Origin: Andalucia godoyi And28
Lineage: Eukaryota > Protista > Jakobida
Length of the DNA: 64,000 nt
Assembly: GCA_009859145.1 (NCBI GenBank)
Contig: VRVR01000032.1
Span: forward strand, 202,795 to 266,794
Direction: 5' to 3'
Shown here: positions 11,047-21,645 of the stretch, piece by piece
How the letters are laid out: every line of letters begins with the position of its first letter
Numbering within the stretch: position 1 is the stretch's first letter
Made by a program: the position numbers and the translations under genes
Notes under the pieces: model-generated
The model's input: only the letters and a program-made list of their open reading frames with translations
The model's database searches: none
What the model was told of the DNA's origin: nothing

Positions 11047-11406
11047 TTAGACAGATGCCAGGACGCACAAAGGGTTTGCAAAAGAGTCTGCGACTGAGCT
11101 TGCGGGCTCCACAGTGGACGGACCAATGTCGATGTTGACGCCGTACGTGCAAGTCTCGATGCGCAGGACAAGGACAGCAAGATTCTTGAGTCCAAGATCG
11201 CGGACAGGGATCGAGACGTTCAGCGCACGCACTACTCTCCCGTCGATGCGCTCTCGAAGCGAAAACAACTGCGACTTTGATATCCCAAAGTGGTCGCGCA
11301 GTCGCGGGAAAACATGTGTGAGACCATGCGAATCATCCGGAATCTCAACGAGTATCGGCCTCGTCGTCGCCGTCGAATGCTCCAGCACAAACTTGAACAC
11401 TTTCAT
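11047..11406 (-). CDS. Small ubiquitin-like/beta-grasp protein (~119 aa)
   Basis: First plausible ATG after the (AG)n tract gives MKVFKFVLEH...LRDHFGISKSQLFSL...DLGLKNLAVLVL, a UBL-like pattern. The upstream part of the track ORF is translated microsatellite. Confidence 0.55.
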   Translation of the reverse strand: MKVFKFVLEHSTATTRPILVEIPDDSHGLTHVFPRLRDHFGISKSQLFSLRERIDGRVVRALNVSIPVRDLGLKNLAVLVLRIETCTYGVNIDIGPSTVEPASSVADSFANPLCVLASV

Positions 11407-11436
11407 GCTCTTCAGCGTCCACGGCGTTCCCTTTTG

Positions 11437-11440
<4 letters not shown>

Positions 11441-11520
<80 letters not shown>
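11441..11520 (+). repeat. (CT)n microsatellite
   Basis: Directly visible. Confidence 0.95.
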
Positions 11521-11523
<3 letters not shown>

Positions 11524-11854
11524 GCTTCTTTCCTTGCTTCCTTGCTTCCTTCCTTTCTTCCTTTCTTTATTTATTTCCCCTCTTCTCAACTCTTTTCACG
11601 ATAACGATAATCCAGCAGCAACGCGCCAAGGTGGACGAGACAAAGGGTCGGGAAAGAAAAGGAGAAACGGGCTGGGAGAAGATTCAGAGTGAGAAACACC
11701 AGAAAGTGAAAACTCCGCCAGTCGATGTCTTTCCGAGTTTTCCCGAGTTTCCGAGTTCCCGAAAGGAAAAAATAAAAGGAAGCTGTCAAAGAAACAGACA
11801 TGACGTGGAAGCAGACCAAAAGGAGTGCGGCAAAAGGTGATGGACAAGCCAAGG

Positions 11855-13216
11855 TCATCCGACAAGGAAACGTCTTCCCCGTCTGGCCATCCAGAAGAAT
11901 GTGTTCCGATCGCGGCCTTCCGCCCAGTCGACGATCGGTGAGTAACCGAGTTCCTTGCACACTCGATCCTGCGAAAACCAGTGCTCGACGCCAATTTTCA
12001 AAACTTCATGTCGAGTAAGCAGCGGAGTCATGTTCAGCCTGCGACAAATGTGCTCCATGCACAGGCCGCCGAAATAGGCGACAGAGACCGGAATTCGCGA
12101 CCAGGAAGGGGGAAACGAATGCCCGCATGCTAGCGTAACCGGTTTAAAGAAGGAGAAATTGTTATCTGGATGCGACTCGGACACAAAGTACGCATTCCAG
12201 CTGCTTTTCTTACTGCCATTGTTGGTCCTGCGGGAAAACAAGTGGCAAATCGCAAGCGCGTGTGCGTGTGCAAGGTTGTCAACGTGTACAAACTCGCACT
12301 TTGCATCCGGACTCCCAACAAGAAACTTGAACACACCGCGCTCAACGGTATCCAGGAATCTCGCAAAGTGACGCTCTTCGCCTTCTCCGTAAATGCCAGC
12401 AGACCGCAAGCAGATCACGTTGAACAGTGCGCTGTTCTCGCAATGCGTATCGCAGCCGTTCTCCGCTGTCGGGTACGGCCACGAATCGCATTCAAGCTGC
12501 CAAGACTCGGCGACGTGCGCACAGGCGGCAATCGAAGTCCATTGATTTGCAAGATTTCGCATCCGCTGGACGATATCGCGTGGTTGCTGACCGGTCTTTG
12601 CCTCGTTGGCAACCTTCCAGAGCAGCACCTCGGCAATTGTCTTTGTGCGTGAGTACGGATCGAGAGGCGATTCCTTCCCGATGCAGTTCCATTTCCCAAA
12701 GTCGTCTCCCGCAATGGCGCTGGAGTGAAACACGACATTCGTAGTTGACGTGTACACCAGCGGGATTTCCCGAAGTAAACACTCATTTGCAATATGCAAC
12801 GTTCCCAGCACATTCACACGGAGTATGCGATTCTCATCAAACTGCTCGCGCCCGCTCATTCCAAACGACGCAATATGGATCACAGCAACCTTGTCAAACG
12901 CGCTCCTGCTCGGCGCCGAGGAGAAAAACCGCGATACGTCCTCTGCAGACGCAATGCTTCCCACATGCAACGAAATGCGCCCCTTTTCCAGCAAGGACGA
13001 GAACTCATCGTCGTACGCGAGCGTCGGACGCCTCAGCTTCGATGCGTCATACGCACCAATGTCAAGCAAATGAACACGCGCGCCACTACGAGCAAGAAAC
13101 ACAGACAGTCGGCGACCCAGAAACCCAAGACCCCCCGTCACCAATACCAGCGAGTCCGCAACTGCATACCGCGGAATCTCCGGAACCGTCCGGAACACAT
13201 CACACGGCGAATACAT
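11855..13216 (-). CDS. SDR42E1: 3-beta-hydroxysteroid dehydrogenase/NSDHL/SDR42E1-family extended SDR
   Basis: VTGGLGFLG NAD motif, HIASFGMSGREQ, YTSTTNVVF, catalytic YSRTK, LRSAGIYGEGEERH and FVHVDNLAHAH. First ATG at 13216. Confidence 0.88.
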   Translation of the reverse strand: MYSPCDVFRTVPEIPRYAVADSLVLVTGGLGFLGRRLSVFLARSGARVHLLDIGAYDASKLRRPTLAYDDEFSSLLEKGRISLHVGSIASAEDVSRFFSSAPSRSAFDKVAVIHIASFGMSGREQFDENRILRVNVLGTLHIANECLLREIPLVYTSTTNVVFHSSAIAGDDFGKWNCIGKESPLDPYSRTKTIAEVLLWKVANEAKTGQQPRDIVQRMRNLANQWTSIAACAHVAESWQLECDSWPYPTAENGCDTHCENSALFNVICLRSAGIYGEGEERHFARFLDTVERGVFKFLVGSPDAKCEFVHVDNLAHAHALAICHLFSRRTNNGSKKSSWNAYFVSESHPDNNFSFFKPVTLACGHSFPPSWSRIPVSVAYFGGLCMEHICRRLNMTPLLTRHEVLKIGVEHWFSQDRVCKELGYSPIVDWAEGRDRNTFFWMARRGRRFLVG

Positions 13217-13488
13217 CAGCTTTTTCTTTTCCAATCCCGTCTTTCTACCTACCCCTCCCCCTATATGCTCAACTACTCTAACTGCTAAAGAAGAAACAAC
13301 AACAAGAAAAATGCGCACAAATAACAATCTGGCGTTGAAAATCGTCGAGCGTCGACTCAGCGGCTGTATTACGAATAATTTTTAGAAAAAAGCAGAGCCT
13401 TTTAATTAGTAGGTAGATGCTGTGAGAATGTGCAGTATATGTAGTATTTGGGTGTAGATTAGTAAATGAGTGGGTGGCATGAGATGAT

Positions 13489-14592
13489 ATGAGTACGGAC
13501 GCTGAGCTTCGATTTAAAGTGTGTGCACAGGGGACCCGACTAGCTTCGCTTGGTCGCAAGCCCCGTGGCCAGTCTCGTGCGCCACCGCTGTCGACGCGAG
13601 ACGATTCTCGGCATCTGGTTCTTCATAAGGACGATGGTGAGACTGGGGATGACATATCCCAGGTGACGTTTGCAACGGTTCCGTACGTGTCGTGGGACGT
13701 GATTCCACAGTGTCGACTAAAGCGGGTTCTGGAGACGGTCTTCCAGTTCCGATCGTTTGCATCAACGACAACGACAACAACAACGACAACGACAACGACG
13801 AGGCAAGAAGAGGAAGAAGAGGCGGAAAGAAAGAAAAAGAAAAGGATCATTGAGATGCTGGTAAAAGGGAGGAACCTGCTCTTGTTTGGAAGAACAGGCG
13901 GGGGGAAGTCGCGGCTTGCGTATGCACTCGCGCATGGACTGACAACCCCATCGTCGGAGCGTGCGAGCATTGGAGAAGGAATGGCACTTCTCATACGCCC
14001 AAGCGATGTCTATTCGCCGTATCTTGGTGAAAGCGAGGCGCGGATTCGCAGAATCTTCAGCATGCTTCGAGCATCATTGGTTCGATCCGTCGACGACGAG
14101 CAGAAGGAGGAGAATTTCGTGGAGCAGGAGAGCGAGACAGGAGGACGTGTTGACGAAGATGATGATGTAGAGTTGGCGAGCACAATGGCTTGTTTGTCGG
14201 TGAGTGGGCGCTCGACCTACAAGGAACCGCACAGATCAGAGCAGAGCAGGAACAGGAGAAGGAGAAGGAGGAGGTACAGTGTGCTGATTATCGATGATTT
14301 GGATCTGTTGACTCCTGTTCGCGGATCGGATTCGCATGTCGATGACGGCGGTGTTCGTGACCGCATTGTTGCAACGTTTTTGAATGAACTGGACGGCATT
14401 GGAAACCGACAGGCCGGCCTCAGAGCCAGCAGTGTGCGTAATGACCAGGATGCGAACGGGGATGGCGGGCAAGACGAGGGACGGTTGGTGGTGATTGGAT
14501 GTACAAATCGCATGGATCTTGTGGACGAAGCGATGCTCCGGAGGTTGGAATGGAAGGAAGAAGTCTGGTTTGACGAATGGAACACCCCGTAA
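13489..14592 (+). CDS. Single-domain AAA+ ATPase (CDC48/AFG2-like module)
   Basis: Walker A GRTGGGKS, YLGESEARIRRIF, Walker B LIIDDLD, FLNELDGI and second region of homology GCTNRMDLVDEAMLRR. Confidence 0.85.
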   Translation: MSTDAELRFKVCAQGTRLASLGRKPRGQSRAPPLSTRDDSRHLVLHKDDGETGDDISQVTFATVPYVSWDVIPQCRLKRVLETVFQFRSFASTTTTTTTTTTTTRQEEEEEAERKKKKRIIEMLVKGRNLLLFGRTGGGKSRLAYALAHGLTTPSSERASIGEGMALLIRPSDVYSPYLGESEARIRRIFSMLRASLVRSVDDEQKEENFVEQESETGGRVDEDDDVELASTMACLSVSGRSTYKEPHRSEQSRNRRRRRRRYSVLIIDDLDLLTPVRGSDSHVDDGGVRDRIVATFLNELDGIGNRQAGLRASSVRNDQDANGDGGQDEGRLVVIGCTNRMDLVDEAMLRRLEWKEEVWFDEWNTP

Positions 14593-15099
14593 CAAGCTTT
14601 ACTTTCTGAACCTGTGCACGCCGCATTCCTCCCCATGCATCATCCGTGCCGCCCAGCGATCTTTACCACGAGTGCGTCGACTCTCCACCCTCTTACCTGT
14701 CCACTGTCTACTGTTCACGAAGGAACCCCCCATACTTCTCTTTGCCGTGCGTTGCTCCACCATGCAGACGTGACCTGTAAAAATTATCGTTTTTGGAATA
14801 CTGTAGTGCTTTGCTGTTTACATGGAAGAAGGAAGGTCGAACCGTGTCGAGGCAGACTGTAAAACATCTTCAATCGGAAACGCAGGAGACACACTTGTCC
14901 GACGCACAGAGGAACACAACGACAACACAACAACACCAAACCCAGTCCGTCTGGCGATGTCTCTCCAGTCTCTATCACCCGTGGAGAATTGAGAAGAGTA
15001 CGCGTTGTGTGCTTGTGTCGTGGTGTTGTGGTCGCATTTGAAACATAATAAACGTCGAGCGTTTTGTCCGCAAGGTGTACCGTGCTGTGATGCAGTGGA

Positions 15100-16071
15100 A
15101 TGGATCCAGAAGATTCAGCGGAGAACATTACTGGGCTTTGTTCAGCCGCTGTGCTCGAACGAGTGGTGGAGTGGCTGCGTGACCAGTCGCGGTATGATCT
15201 CGTCACCCGGCTGCCGCTAGTCGTGGGCGCTGCTGACCCTGCGGTTCCTAATGGTCCGGATGCGTGTTTCGAAGCGGATGGAAACGGAACGGAACCGCCC
15301 CTGAAGAAGAATCGGCTGGCCGTCGAAGACGAACGCGTTCCGCGCGGACTCAAGATCTCGACGCTCTCCGAGTTCAAGTGCATCTTGGTGCAATCGCTTG
15401 AGAATCCAATAGCATCACTCGGCGGGGCACCGATGAGCACGGGCGTCGATCAACCAGGCCTGCGAACGACAAGTTCGGACGCTGCAAGGGCAAAGCTGCA
15501 AAAATGGACGGGAAACGAAGAGTGCAAGCAGCATCGGAACCCCAGAAGGGAGGGCTCGCGGCTCACAATCGTGTCTGCTCTTCTGCCCATCTGGCTGACT
15601 CCGCTGCTGACAGCCACCCGTCTGTACAACATTGCCGCAACCCTCGAGGCATGGATATGCAGTGCACACAAAAACGTGATTGGAAATTCCGTGCGTGCGA
15701 ACTCGCCGTATGATGTGTCCGTGGCGCGTGTTGCGAAACATCTGCAACATCGGTCGGTGTTGTGGGACATGGTCACCTCGCAGACGATATCGCAAGAAGT
15801 CTTTGAAGAAATGATTGTTGGGAAAAAGGACTTTCCAGGCGTGTCCGACGAGATCGATCTTCGAAACGACGCGATACGAAAAGAAGCATTGCGGCAAGCA
15901 ATCCGAAATGTGTTTGAAGTTGAGAGGGAGGGCGAGGGCAAAGGCATCTTTACGTGTAGAAAATGCAAGGGCGAGCGGACTGTATGGAGACAGGTGCAGC
16001 TCAACAGCGGTGACGAGCCAATGACGGTGTTTGTAACATGTTTGGACTGTGGTGCCGTCACGCGAGATTAG
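15100..16071 (+). CDS. TFIIS-like protein (central domain plus C-terminal zinc ribbon)
   Basis: C-terminus FTCRKCK...QVQLNSGDEPMTVFVTCLDCG keeps the acidic DE hairpin. Confidence 0.85.
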   Translation: MDPEDSAENITGLCSAAVLERVVEWLRDQSRYDLVTRLPLVVGAADPAVPNGPDACFEADGNGTEPPLKKNRLAVEDERVPRGLKISTLSEFKCILVQSLENPIASLGGAPMSTGVDQPGLRTTSSDAARAKLQKWTGNEECKQHRNPRREGSRLTIVSALLPIWLTPLLTATRLYNIAATLEAWICSAHKNVIGNSVRANSPYDVSVARVAKHLQHRSVLWDMVTSQTISQEVFEEMIVGKKDFPGVSDEIDLRNDAIRKEALRQAIRNVFEVEREGEGKGIFTCRKCKGERTVWRQVQLNSGDEPMTVFVTCLDCGAVTRD

Positions 16072-16631
16072 ACTTCGTTCCTTTCTCCTGCTCTCCTTCC
16101 TCCCTCGTTCTTTTGTTGTTGTTGTTGTTGTTGTTTTATATATTATTTTTAATATCAAATACCAATGTTCTGCAGAATGTGAAGTGTACTTACAGCGATA
16201 ATTGGAATGTATGGTAAAGGTAAAAGTAGAGAATTTGTGGTTTGTTCTTGTGTGCTGGGCCACGAGCGCAGCGAGCTGAAACATGCTGGTTGTGAAACAT
16301 ACGGAGCCGTTCAACCCACGGGGTCCAGAGCGCAAAAGATCTGCAGACGAGATGTGCGCAAGCAGAAAGCAGCAGCCGCTGCTGCTGCACGTTATGCATT
16401 CTCGTGTGCTCCAGCTGTTCCCGGTCCACACTGCAAACGCAATAAGTCAGCAATTAATCCGGGGAGGAATCCTCCCAGTCGTACATCTGACGAATCTGAC
16501 GATTTCTTGGAAATGGAGGGCTCGCATGTCCAATTTGGAAGGGCGGAGCAGATCGGACGTGTGCGTTGTGAAAAAGCAGTCGCGGGAAAGCAGTCGCGGA
16601 CGAACGGCAACCGGAGCCCGCAGAGAGAGAA

Positions 16632-17921
16632 ATGGCAAGGTTGGCGCAGCGGATGTGTGCGGCGGTGAAACCGTACGTGCACTTATCTCGGATGGACAAA
16701 CCAATCGGGACTTATCTGCTGCTTGTTCCCACAATATGGGGTTACGCAGCCACAGCCCCATATGCAGACGCTACGGTTTCCTCGGAACTCGTATCCGCTG
16801 CTGTCACGGTTTCAGCAATGGCTCCTGCTTCCGCATCATCAGGAGCAGCAGCATCGGAAATGATCATGATGCCATCGACTCCGTGTATCTGCGATATTCC
16901 ATCGCCAGTGTCCGTTCCGGGGTCGTCGACTGCTACGACGAGTGTGCTCGATCTGTGCATCGCGTGTGTCGAGACGACTCCGCTGACGCATCCAGTATGG
17001 ACCACAACGGCTGCGCTGTGTGTTGGTGCGTTCGTGATGCGCGGTGCGGGCTGTACCTTGAATGATATTTGGGATCGAAGGCTGGATGCCAAGGTCGAGC
17101 GAACTGCAAGCCGGCCGCTTGCTTCAGGAGCCGTTTCGCTGCATGCTGCGTTGACGTGGTTTTCAGCCCAAGTTGCAACTGCTGGCGCGGTTGTGTTGCC
17201 GGCGCTGCCTCCAGTTTCTGCACTTTTGGCAGCTGCGTCGCTGCCTCTTGTTGTTCTGTACCCATTGATGAAGCGTGTCACCAGCTTTCCTCAGGCTGTT
17301 CTTGGAGCGACGTTTAATTGGGGAGTGCTCGTAGGAGGGTCGATCGGCGCGATCCAATCGGGCGCGATCTCTGCGAACCCGAATGCACTTCTTGGTCCAA
17401 CGAGTTTGATGTGGAGTCCTGTGGAATGGACAAAAGAAGCGCTGCATCTCGTTGCAGAACCAGCGGCTTCGATCCCGCTGCTATTCGCGTCCGTGCCATC
17501 GTTTCTGTATCCTTTGTATGTATCCGGCATTTTCTACACTCTGTACTACGACACAATTTATGCACATCAAGATCGTCGGGATGACGAGTCAGTGGGAATC
17601 AAGTCGACTGCCAGGTGGTCTGCGGATCGAGGACTTGAGCAGCCGTTTCTCATGGCGTCTCTGGCTGGGTTCAACTTGTGTGCTGGGTTGGCAGGCCTAG
17701 AGATGGATGCCTCTGCAGTCTATTACAGCGGACTTGCGGCTTCCACAGCATACGGATACACACTTGCGGCTAGACTTGGTCCGCGGTGCGACAACGGTGC
17801 CGAGTGCGGCCGAGCATTTCGAAAGTCGGTCGGGGTTGCACTTCTTCTTCTCGCTGGAATCACAGGAGATCGTCTTGCAAAGTGCGTGCGCGAGAAGCAG
17901 ACGCTGAAGGACAGATCATGA
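16632..17921 (+). CDS. COQ2: 4-hydroxybenzoate polyprenyltransferase
   Basis: RMDKPIGTYLL, MRGAGCTLNDIWDRRLDAKVERTASRPLASG, YPLMKRVT and YDTIYAHQDRRDD. Confidence 0.95.
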   Translation: MARLAQRMCAAVKPYVHLSRMDKPIGTYLLLVPTIWGYAATAPYADATVSSELVSAAVTVSAMAPASASSGAAASEMIMMPSTPCICDIPSPVSVPGSSTATTSVLDLCIACVETTPLTHPVWTTTAALCVGAFVMRGAGCTLNDIWDRRLDAKVERTASRPLASGAVSLHAALTWFSAQVATAGAVVLPALPPVSALLAAASLPLVVLYPLMKRVTSFPQAVLGATFNWGVLVGGSIGAIQSGAISANPNALLGPTSLMWSPVEWTKEALHLVAEPAASIPLLFASVPSFLYPLYVSGIFYTLYYDTIYAHQDRRDDESVGIKSTARWSADRGLEQPFLMASLAGFNLCAGLAGLEMDASAVYYSGLAASTAYGYTLAARLGPRCDNGAECGRAFRKSVGVALLLLAGITGDRLAKCVREKQTLKDRS

Positions 17922-18161
17922 CCTTTGGCATGCATTGTATAGGGTACTGACTCGAACAGAGAACAATGCCGACGACAGTAATAGACATGATGGTGGTGGT
18001 GATGGTGGTGAGCAATGGAGACGTATAAAGTATTAAAAGGGAAAATGTACAAGGAAGATGCAATCCACTGAAAGGCCCATAAAACAAGCAGTGTCCAAAG
18101 CAACAACAAGAAGGAGAAAACCAGGCGATTCTGTTCATCATCACCATGATCATTGTCGTCG

Positions 18162-18671
18162 TCATCTGACTGGGCTTCTGACAACCCATCGGACAGAACC
18201 ATACGGATCCAGGACGACCTCTCCCTTTGCAGCACTTATCCACGTACACTGACAGCAATACGCCCGAGCGCCCTTCTTCTTGATGAGCTTCTCTGCAAGT
18301 TTGAGCCTGTCCGGCATGTAGTTTCGAAGGAAAAGGTAGTCGACCGACTTGTGCCAGACCGTATCTTCGAAGATCTCAATTCTGAAATCGCACTTTGTGC
18401 AGAACAAGTGAGACTCTGCAGGCACCACAGACGACACAACAGCCATTGCAGGTCCAGACGCATCACACAGGCTGACTGTCCCCGATACAGACTTGTAAGA
18501 ACTCGCAGGTCCTGACGACGACCCCGCAACCGATGCAGCCGACGCAGCCGACGCATCACCGCCACGCCCCTCCAGAGAAGAAGGAACCGAAGACGATCTG
18601 TGAATCGGAGCTGGCTGTACCGCCGCTTCAAGCTCTGCAAGCAAATCATCAAGCTCCTGATGAGTTCCCAT
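18162..18671 (-). CDS. CFAP418: CFAP418/C8orf37-like ciliary protein
   Basis: ELDDLLAELE N-terminus, then CTKCDF, DYLFLRNYMPD..KL and RAYCCQCTW. Confidence 0.85.
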   Translation of the reverse strand: MGTHQELDDLLAELEAAVQPAPIHRSSSVPSSLEGRGGDASAASAASVAGSSSGPASSYKSVSGTVSLCDASGPAMAVVSSVVPAESHLFCTKCDFRIEIFEDTVWHKSVDYLFLRNYMPDRLKLAEKLIKKKGARAYCCQCTWISAAKGEVVLDPYGSVRWVVRSPVR

Positions 18672-18995
18672 TTCGACTCGGATCCAGAAGAAGAAAGAAC
18701 GAAAATCACGATTGACCGTATATCACACGCACTCCCTTTCTCACCCTCTCTCTCTCTCTCTCTCTTTTTCTTTCTTTCTTTCTTTCTTTCTCTTTCACCT
18801 GTATGTATGTGTGTGTAGATATGAGCGTCAATGCGTGCGTCCGCGAGCGAAATGCACCTCATGATGGAAAGAGACCCAAAGAAGGTCCAGTAGTTATGCT
18901 GAGATTAACGTCCTCAGACTACAGCAGACAGCTCGTTTTGATAGACGCTTCTGCCTACAGTCGGGCCTCTTGCATGTGTAGTTGTTTTACTTGCG

Positions 18996-19383
18996 TATGA
19001 CTGCATTCTACTTCCGAAATTCGACAAGTCTCGTACGGTGCGGAGGGAGCCGGCAGAAGGGAAGAAACGCCGCATTGGAGACAAGACCGTGCGCCAGATG
19101 CTGACATGGGGCCACTTCCAATTCCGCCCAGCGACTGCTGCAACAGGCGATGGAGTACGCGGGTCGCGAAGTTCGCATCGCGACGGAAGAGTACACGTCC
19201 AAGACATGTGCAGCAGCGGAGAGGGATCGAGACTTGGAATGGAGCGCACATCTTCTGTTTGAAGAACGCTTCAGCGTACTGGGACTCACCCCCTTCTGAA
19301 TTGAATTCACATTTCCGTTCCGTTGCAAGATTGAATCTGGGCGGTCTGCAGTGATTCGCAACGCCGAAGTGTACAATGTAAGC
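18996..19383 (+). pseudogene. Degenerate TnpB/Fanzor2 nuclease (RuvC-II to RuvC-III) plus putative omegaRNA scaffold, remnant B
   Basis: Joining frames at +1 insertions near 19127 and 19234 gives YDCILLPKFDKSRTVRR...RRIGDKTVRQMLTWGHFQFR-QRLLQQAMEYAGREVRIATEEYTSKTC..(zinc finger largely deleted)..DRD-WNGAHIFCLKN. These are hallmark IS607-TnpB/Fanzor2 motifs. A conserved non-coding tail follows at 19290-19383. Confidence 0.88.
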
Positions 19384-19489
19384 ATTGGGAGAAGAACTGA
19401 TTTGCATGAAGAGGGAGGTTTTTTTTGTGAGCAGGCATGTTGTAATAATCTTATTACCATTCTTGTTTTGTTGCTGTTGAGCATCAGGA

Positions 19490-21529
19490 TTATTGCTGGG
19501 CGCAGTCGGCGGGTTCATCTTGTTTTGATCGCGGGTTTGAACTTGAGCGGATGGATTCAAACGACGATCGTCGATCTGATTCGCGCATCCGGTCTTCTGG
19601 AACACCAGCTGCGCCTTGGCTATGCGAGGATGGGCTTGGGCTTCTTCGATGTCGGGGAGACGCCTCTGAATAGTCTGCATTCTTCGAAGATGCGACCGGA
19701 GCTGCAGCAGAGGTCTCGGCAGGAGAAGCAGGAGAAGTCGCAGAGGACGTCGGAGAAGCCAACTCGCTCAAATTTCCAGGGTGCACAGCAGACGCTGTTG
19801 CATAGTGGGACGGAGACCCCACTACTTCGGCAGCGATTCGTCTCCAGCGCTCGAGCGATTTGATGAAGGAAGGACCCATTTTGGAAAGTGCATCCTCCGA
19901 TGCAGAGGTGGTGTCGATCGAAACATGCATCAACACAAGCTCGTTTCGGACCGAAATACCAACTCCACCTCCAGACATTTCACGTCCAAGCAATGCGCCT
20001 TCTAACAGACGTTCGAAAAGCTGCAGACGCACAGTGGGGTCTTTCGGAAGCATCGTCAGGATAGTGGAGTACAAATGGAGACGCTCCGTAAACGGGTCAA
20101 ACGTCACCAAAACATTAAAGTCTCGATGCACGTTCACCACGCACGTGTAATTGTCGTCGAAATCAGAAGTCTGCTCGGTATACATCTTGGAAAATGCAGC
20201 CAAGTTGGCTTTGGCAATTTCCATGGCCCCTTTTTGAACCTTTTCCTTTTCGCGATCAGCATCTTTCGCACGCGGACTCTTTGACATGGAATTGGAGGCA
20301 GAGTGGAGAGGAGAAGTAGAGACATTTCTCCTCGTGCCATTTCCGAATGCCGAGAATGTGGCCGGAGCCGACGACGAAGTAGGAGACAGCGTTGCATGCA
20401 GTTGCGGTTGCGGTTGCGGATGTGGTTGTGGTTGCGGTTGCGGATGCGATGGCGCAGACGAAATAGACTGCAAAGAAGATTCACCAGAGGCCGCGGAAAT
20501 CGACGGGCGAATCCGCGACGGAGGAATAGAACCAACGGCCCTGACAGTTGTTCCCGAGGGCGATCGATACAGAGGCGGAGTTCCCTGAGCAGCAGCACCA
20601 CCACCACCGTGCATTGACGAATTATTGCTGTTCAACGTGAAGGACGACTGACGAGCGGGAGGTGCAGAGGAAAACAACGGGGCAGAGTGATCTTCTTGAG
20701 AAATCGCAACTTCGTCATGCGCGTGGTCAAATGGAGGTCTGTAAGACCCCGTAGTGGCGCTCGATCGGACCGAAGAATAGTTCCCAGCGCCGCTCGGAGA
20801 AGCGGCGGCTGGAAACACGCTGGCAAGCGACTGCGAACGCGGAGAAACGCTCGAGCCTCCAGCCCCAACAGGCGACAAGCTAGATCGGTGCTGATTGTAC
20901 GCCAAGACCGAGAAGTTGCGTGGCAGAAGTCGAGATTGTCCTGTTGGAGACAGAGTAGACGACGAGTAATACGACGACGACACCGCAGAAGGCGACGGTG
21001 ACGATCCACGCGACGAACTCGACTCGGAATCGTTAAAGAAGGTGTCTCGAGGGTACTTTGAGATCTTCTCGTATCCATCCGAACCTGACGAGATCTTTCC
21101 ATTCTCTGTCGTCTCTTCAGTCTCAGCCAGGCGCTCCTTGGACGACGCATCATGACTACTCTCCGTACGCTTGGCCTCCGTTTGCGCATCGGCATCAGCA
21201 TCAGCATCGGGTCTGGGCATCGGGTTCGGGTTCGTGTTCGGTGTTGAAGACTCGGCACGCTCGATCGGTGCAGACTCGGTCCGTGCGTCGGACTCAGCTT
21301 CGGACACAAGCCGCAGCTCCAGCACTGCGCCGTTCTCCAACGACGGAATGGTCTCGGATGTAACAGGCAGCCCATTATTAAAAATGCTTTGCGCCTCGTA
21401 CGAAATCTGCGCCGCCTTTTCAATGTACCGTTTGATGCGATCCACTCTCAGCTCGGACGGGTCCTGCTTAAACACTATCTTGTACCGCGTCGCAGAAGAT
21501 GTATGAAGCACATATATATGGTTTGACAT
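19490..21529 (-). CDS. Protein with an N-terminal ubiquitin-like domain, a long disordered linker and a CesT/Tir-chaperone-like domain
   Basis: ATG at 21529: MSNHIYV...RYKIVF...IKRYIEK...QSIFNNG...LENGAVLEL (UBL). Near the C-terminus: DFDDNYTCVV...ERLHLYSTIL...LFERLLEGALLGREMSGGGVG...FIKSLERWR (CesT-like). Confidence 0.75.
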   Translation of the reverse strand: MSNHIYVLHTSSATRYKIVFKQDPSELRVDRIKRYIEKAAQISYEAQSIFNNGLPVTSETIPSLENGAVLELRLVSEAESDARTESAPIERAESSTPNTNPNPMPRPDADADADAQTEAKRTESSHDASSKERLAETEETTENGKISSGSDGYEKISKYPRDTFFNDSESSSSRGSSPSPSAVSSSYYSSSTLSPTGQSRLLPRNFSVLAYNQHRSSLSPVGAGGSSVSPRSQSLASVFPAAASPSGAGNYSSVRSSATTGSYRPPFDHAHDEVAISQEDHSAPLFSSAPPARQSSFTLNSNNSSMHGGGGAAAQGTPPLYRSPSGTTVRAVGSIPPSRIRPSISAASGESSLQSISSAPSHPQPQPQPHPQPQPQLHATLSPTSSSAPATFSAFGNGTRRNVSTSPLHSASNSMSKSPRAKDADREKEKVQKGAMEIAKANLAAFSKMYTEQTSDFDDNYTCVVNVHRDFNVLVTFDPFTERLHLYSTILTMLPKDPTVRLQLFERLLEGALLGREMSGGGVGISVRNELVLMHVSIDTTSASEDALSKMGPSFIKSLERWRRIAAEVVGSPSHYATASAVHPGNLSELASPTSSATSPASPAETSAAAPVASSKNADYSEASPRHRRSPSPSSHSQGAAGVPEDRMRESDRRSSFESIRSSSNPRSKQDEPADCAQQ

Positions 21530-21536
21530 TACGCCT

Positions 21537-21540
<4 letters not shown>

Positions 21541-21579
<39 letters not shown>

Positions 21580-21645
21580 GTCTCTGTCTCTGTCTCTGTC
21601 TCTGTCTCTGTCTCACGCACACACACGCACACACACACACACACA
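21541..21645 (+). repeat. Compound (CT)n(CTCTGT)n(CA)n microsatellite
   Basis: Directly visible. Confidence 0.9.

Noticed and set aside
18840-18870. AAATGCACC shared with the N-terminus of remnant C
   Set aside because: Only 9 nt match; too weak to extend remnant B.
18955-19680. 241-aa minus-strand ORF
   Set aside because: It is antisense to the Fanzor remnant and has no recognisable motifs.
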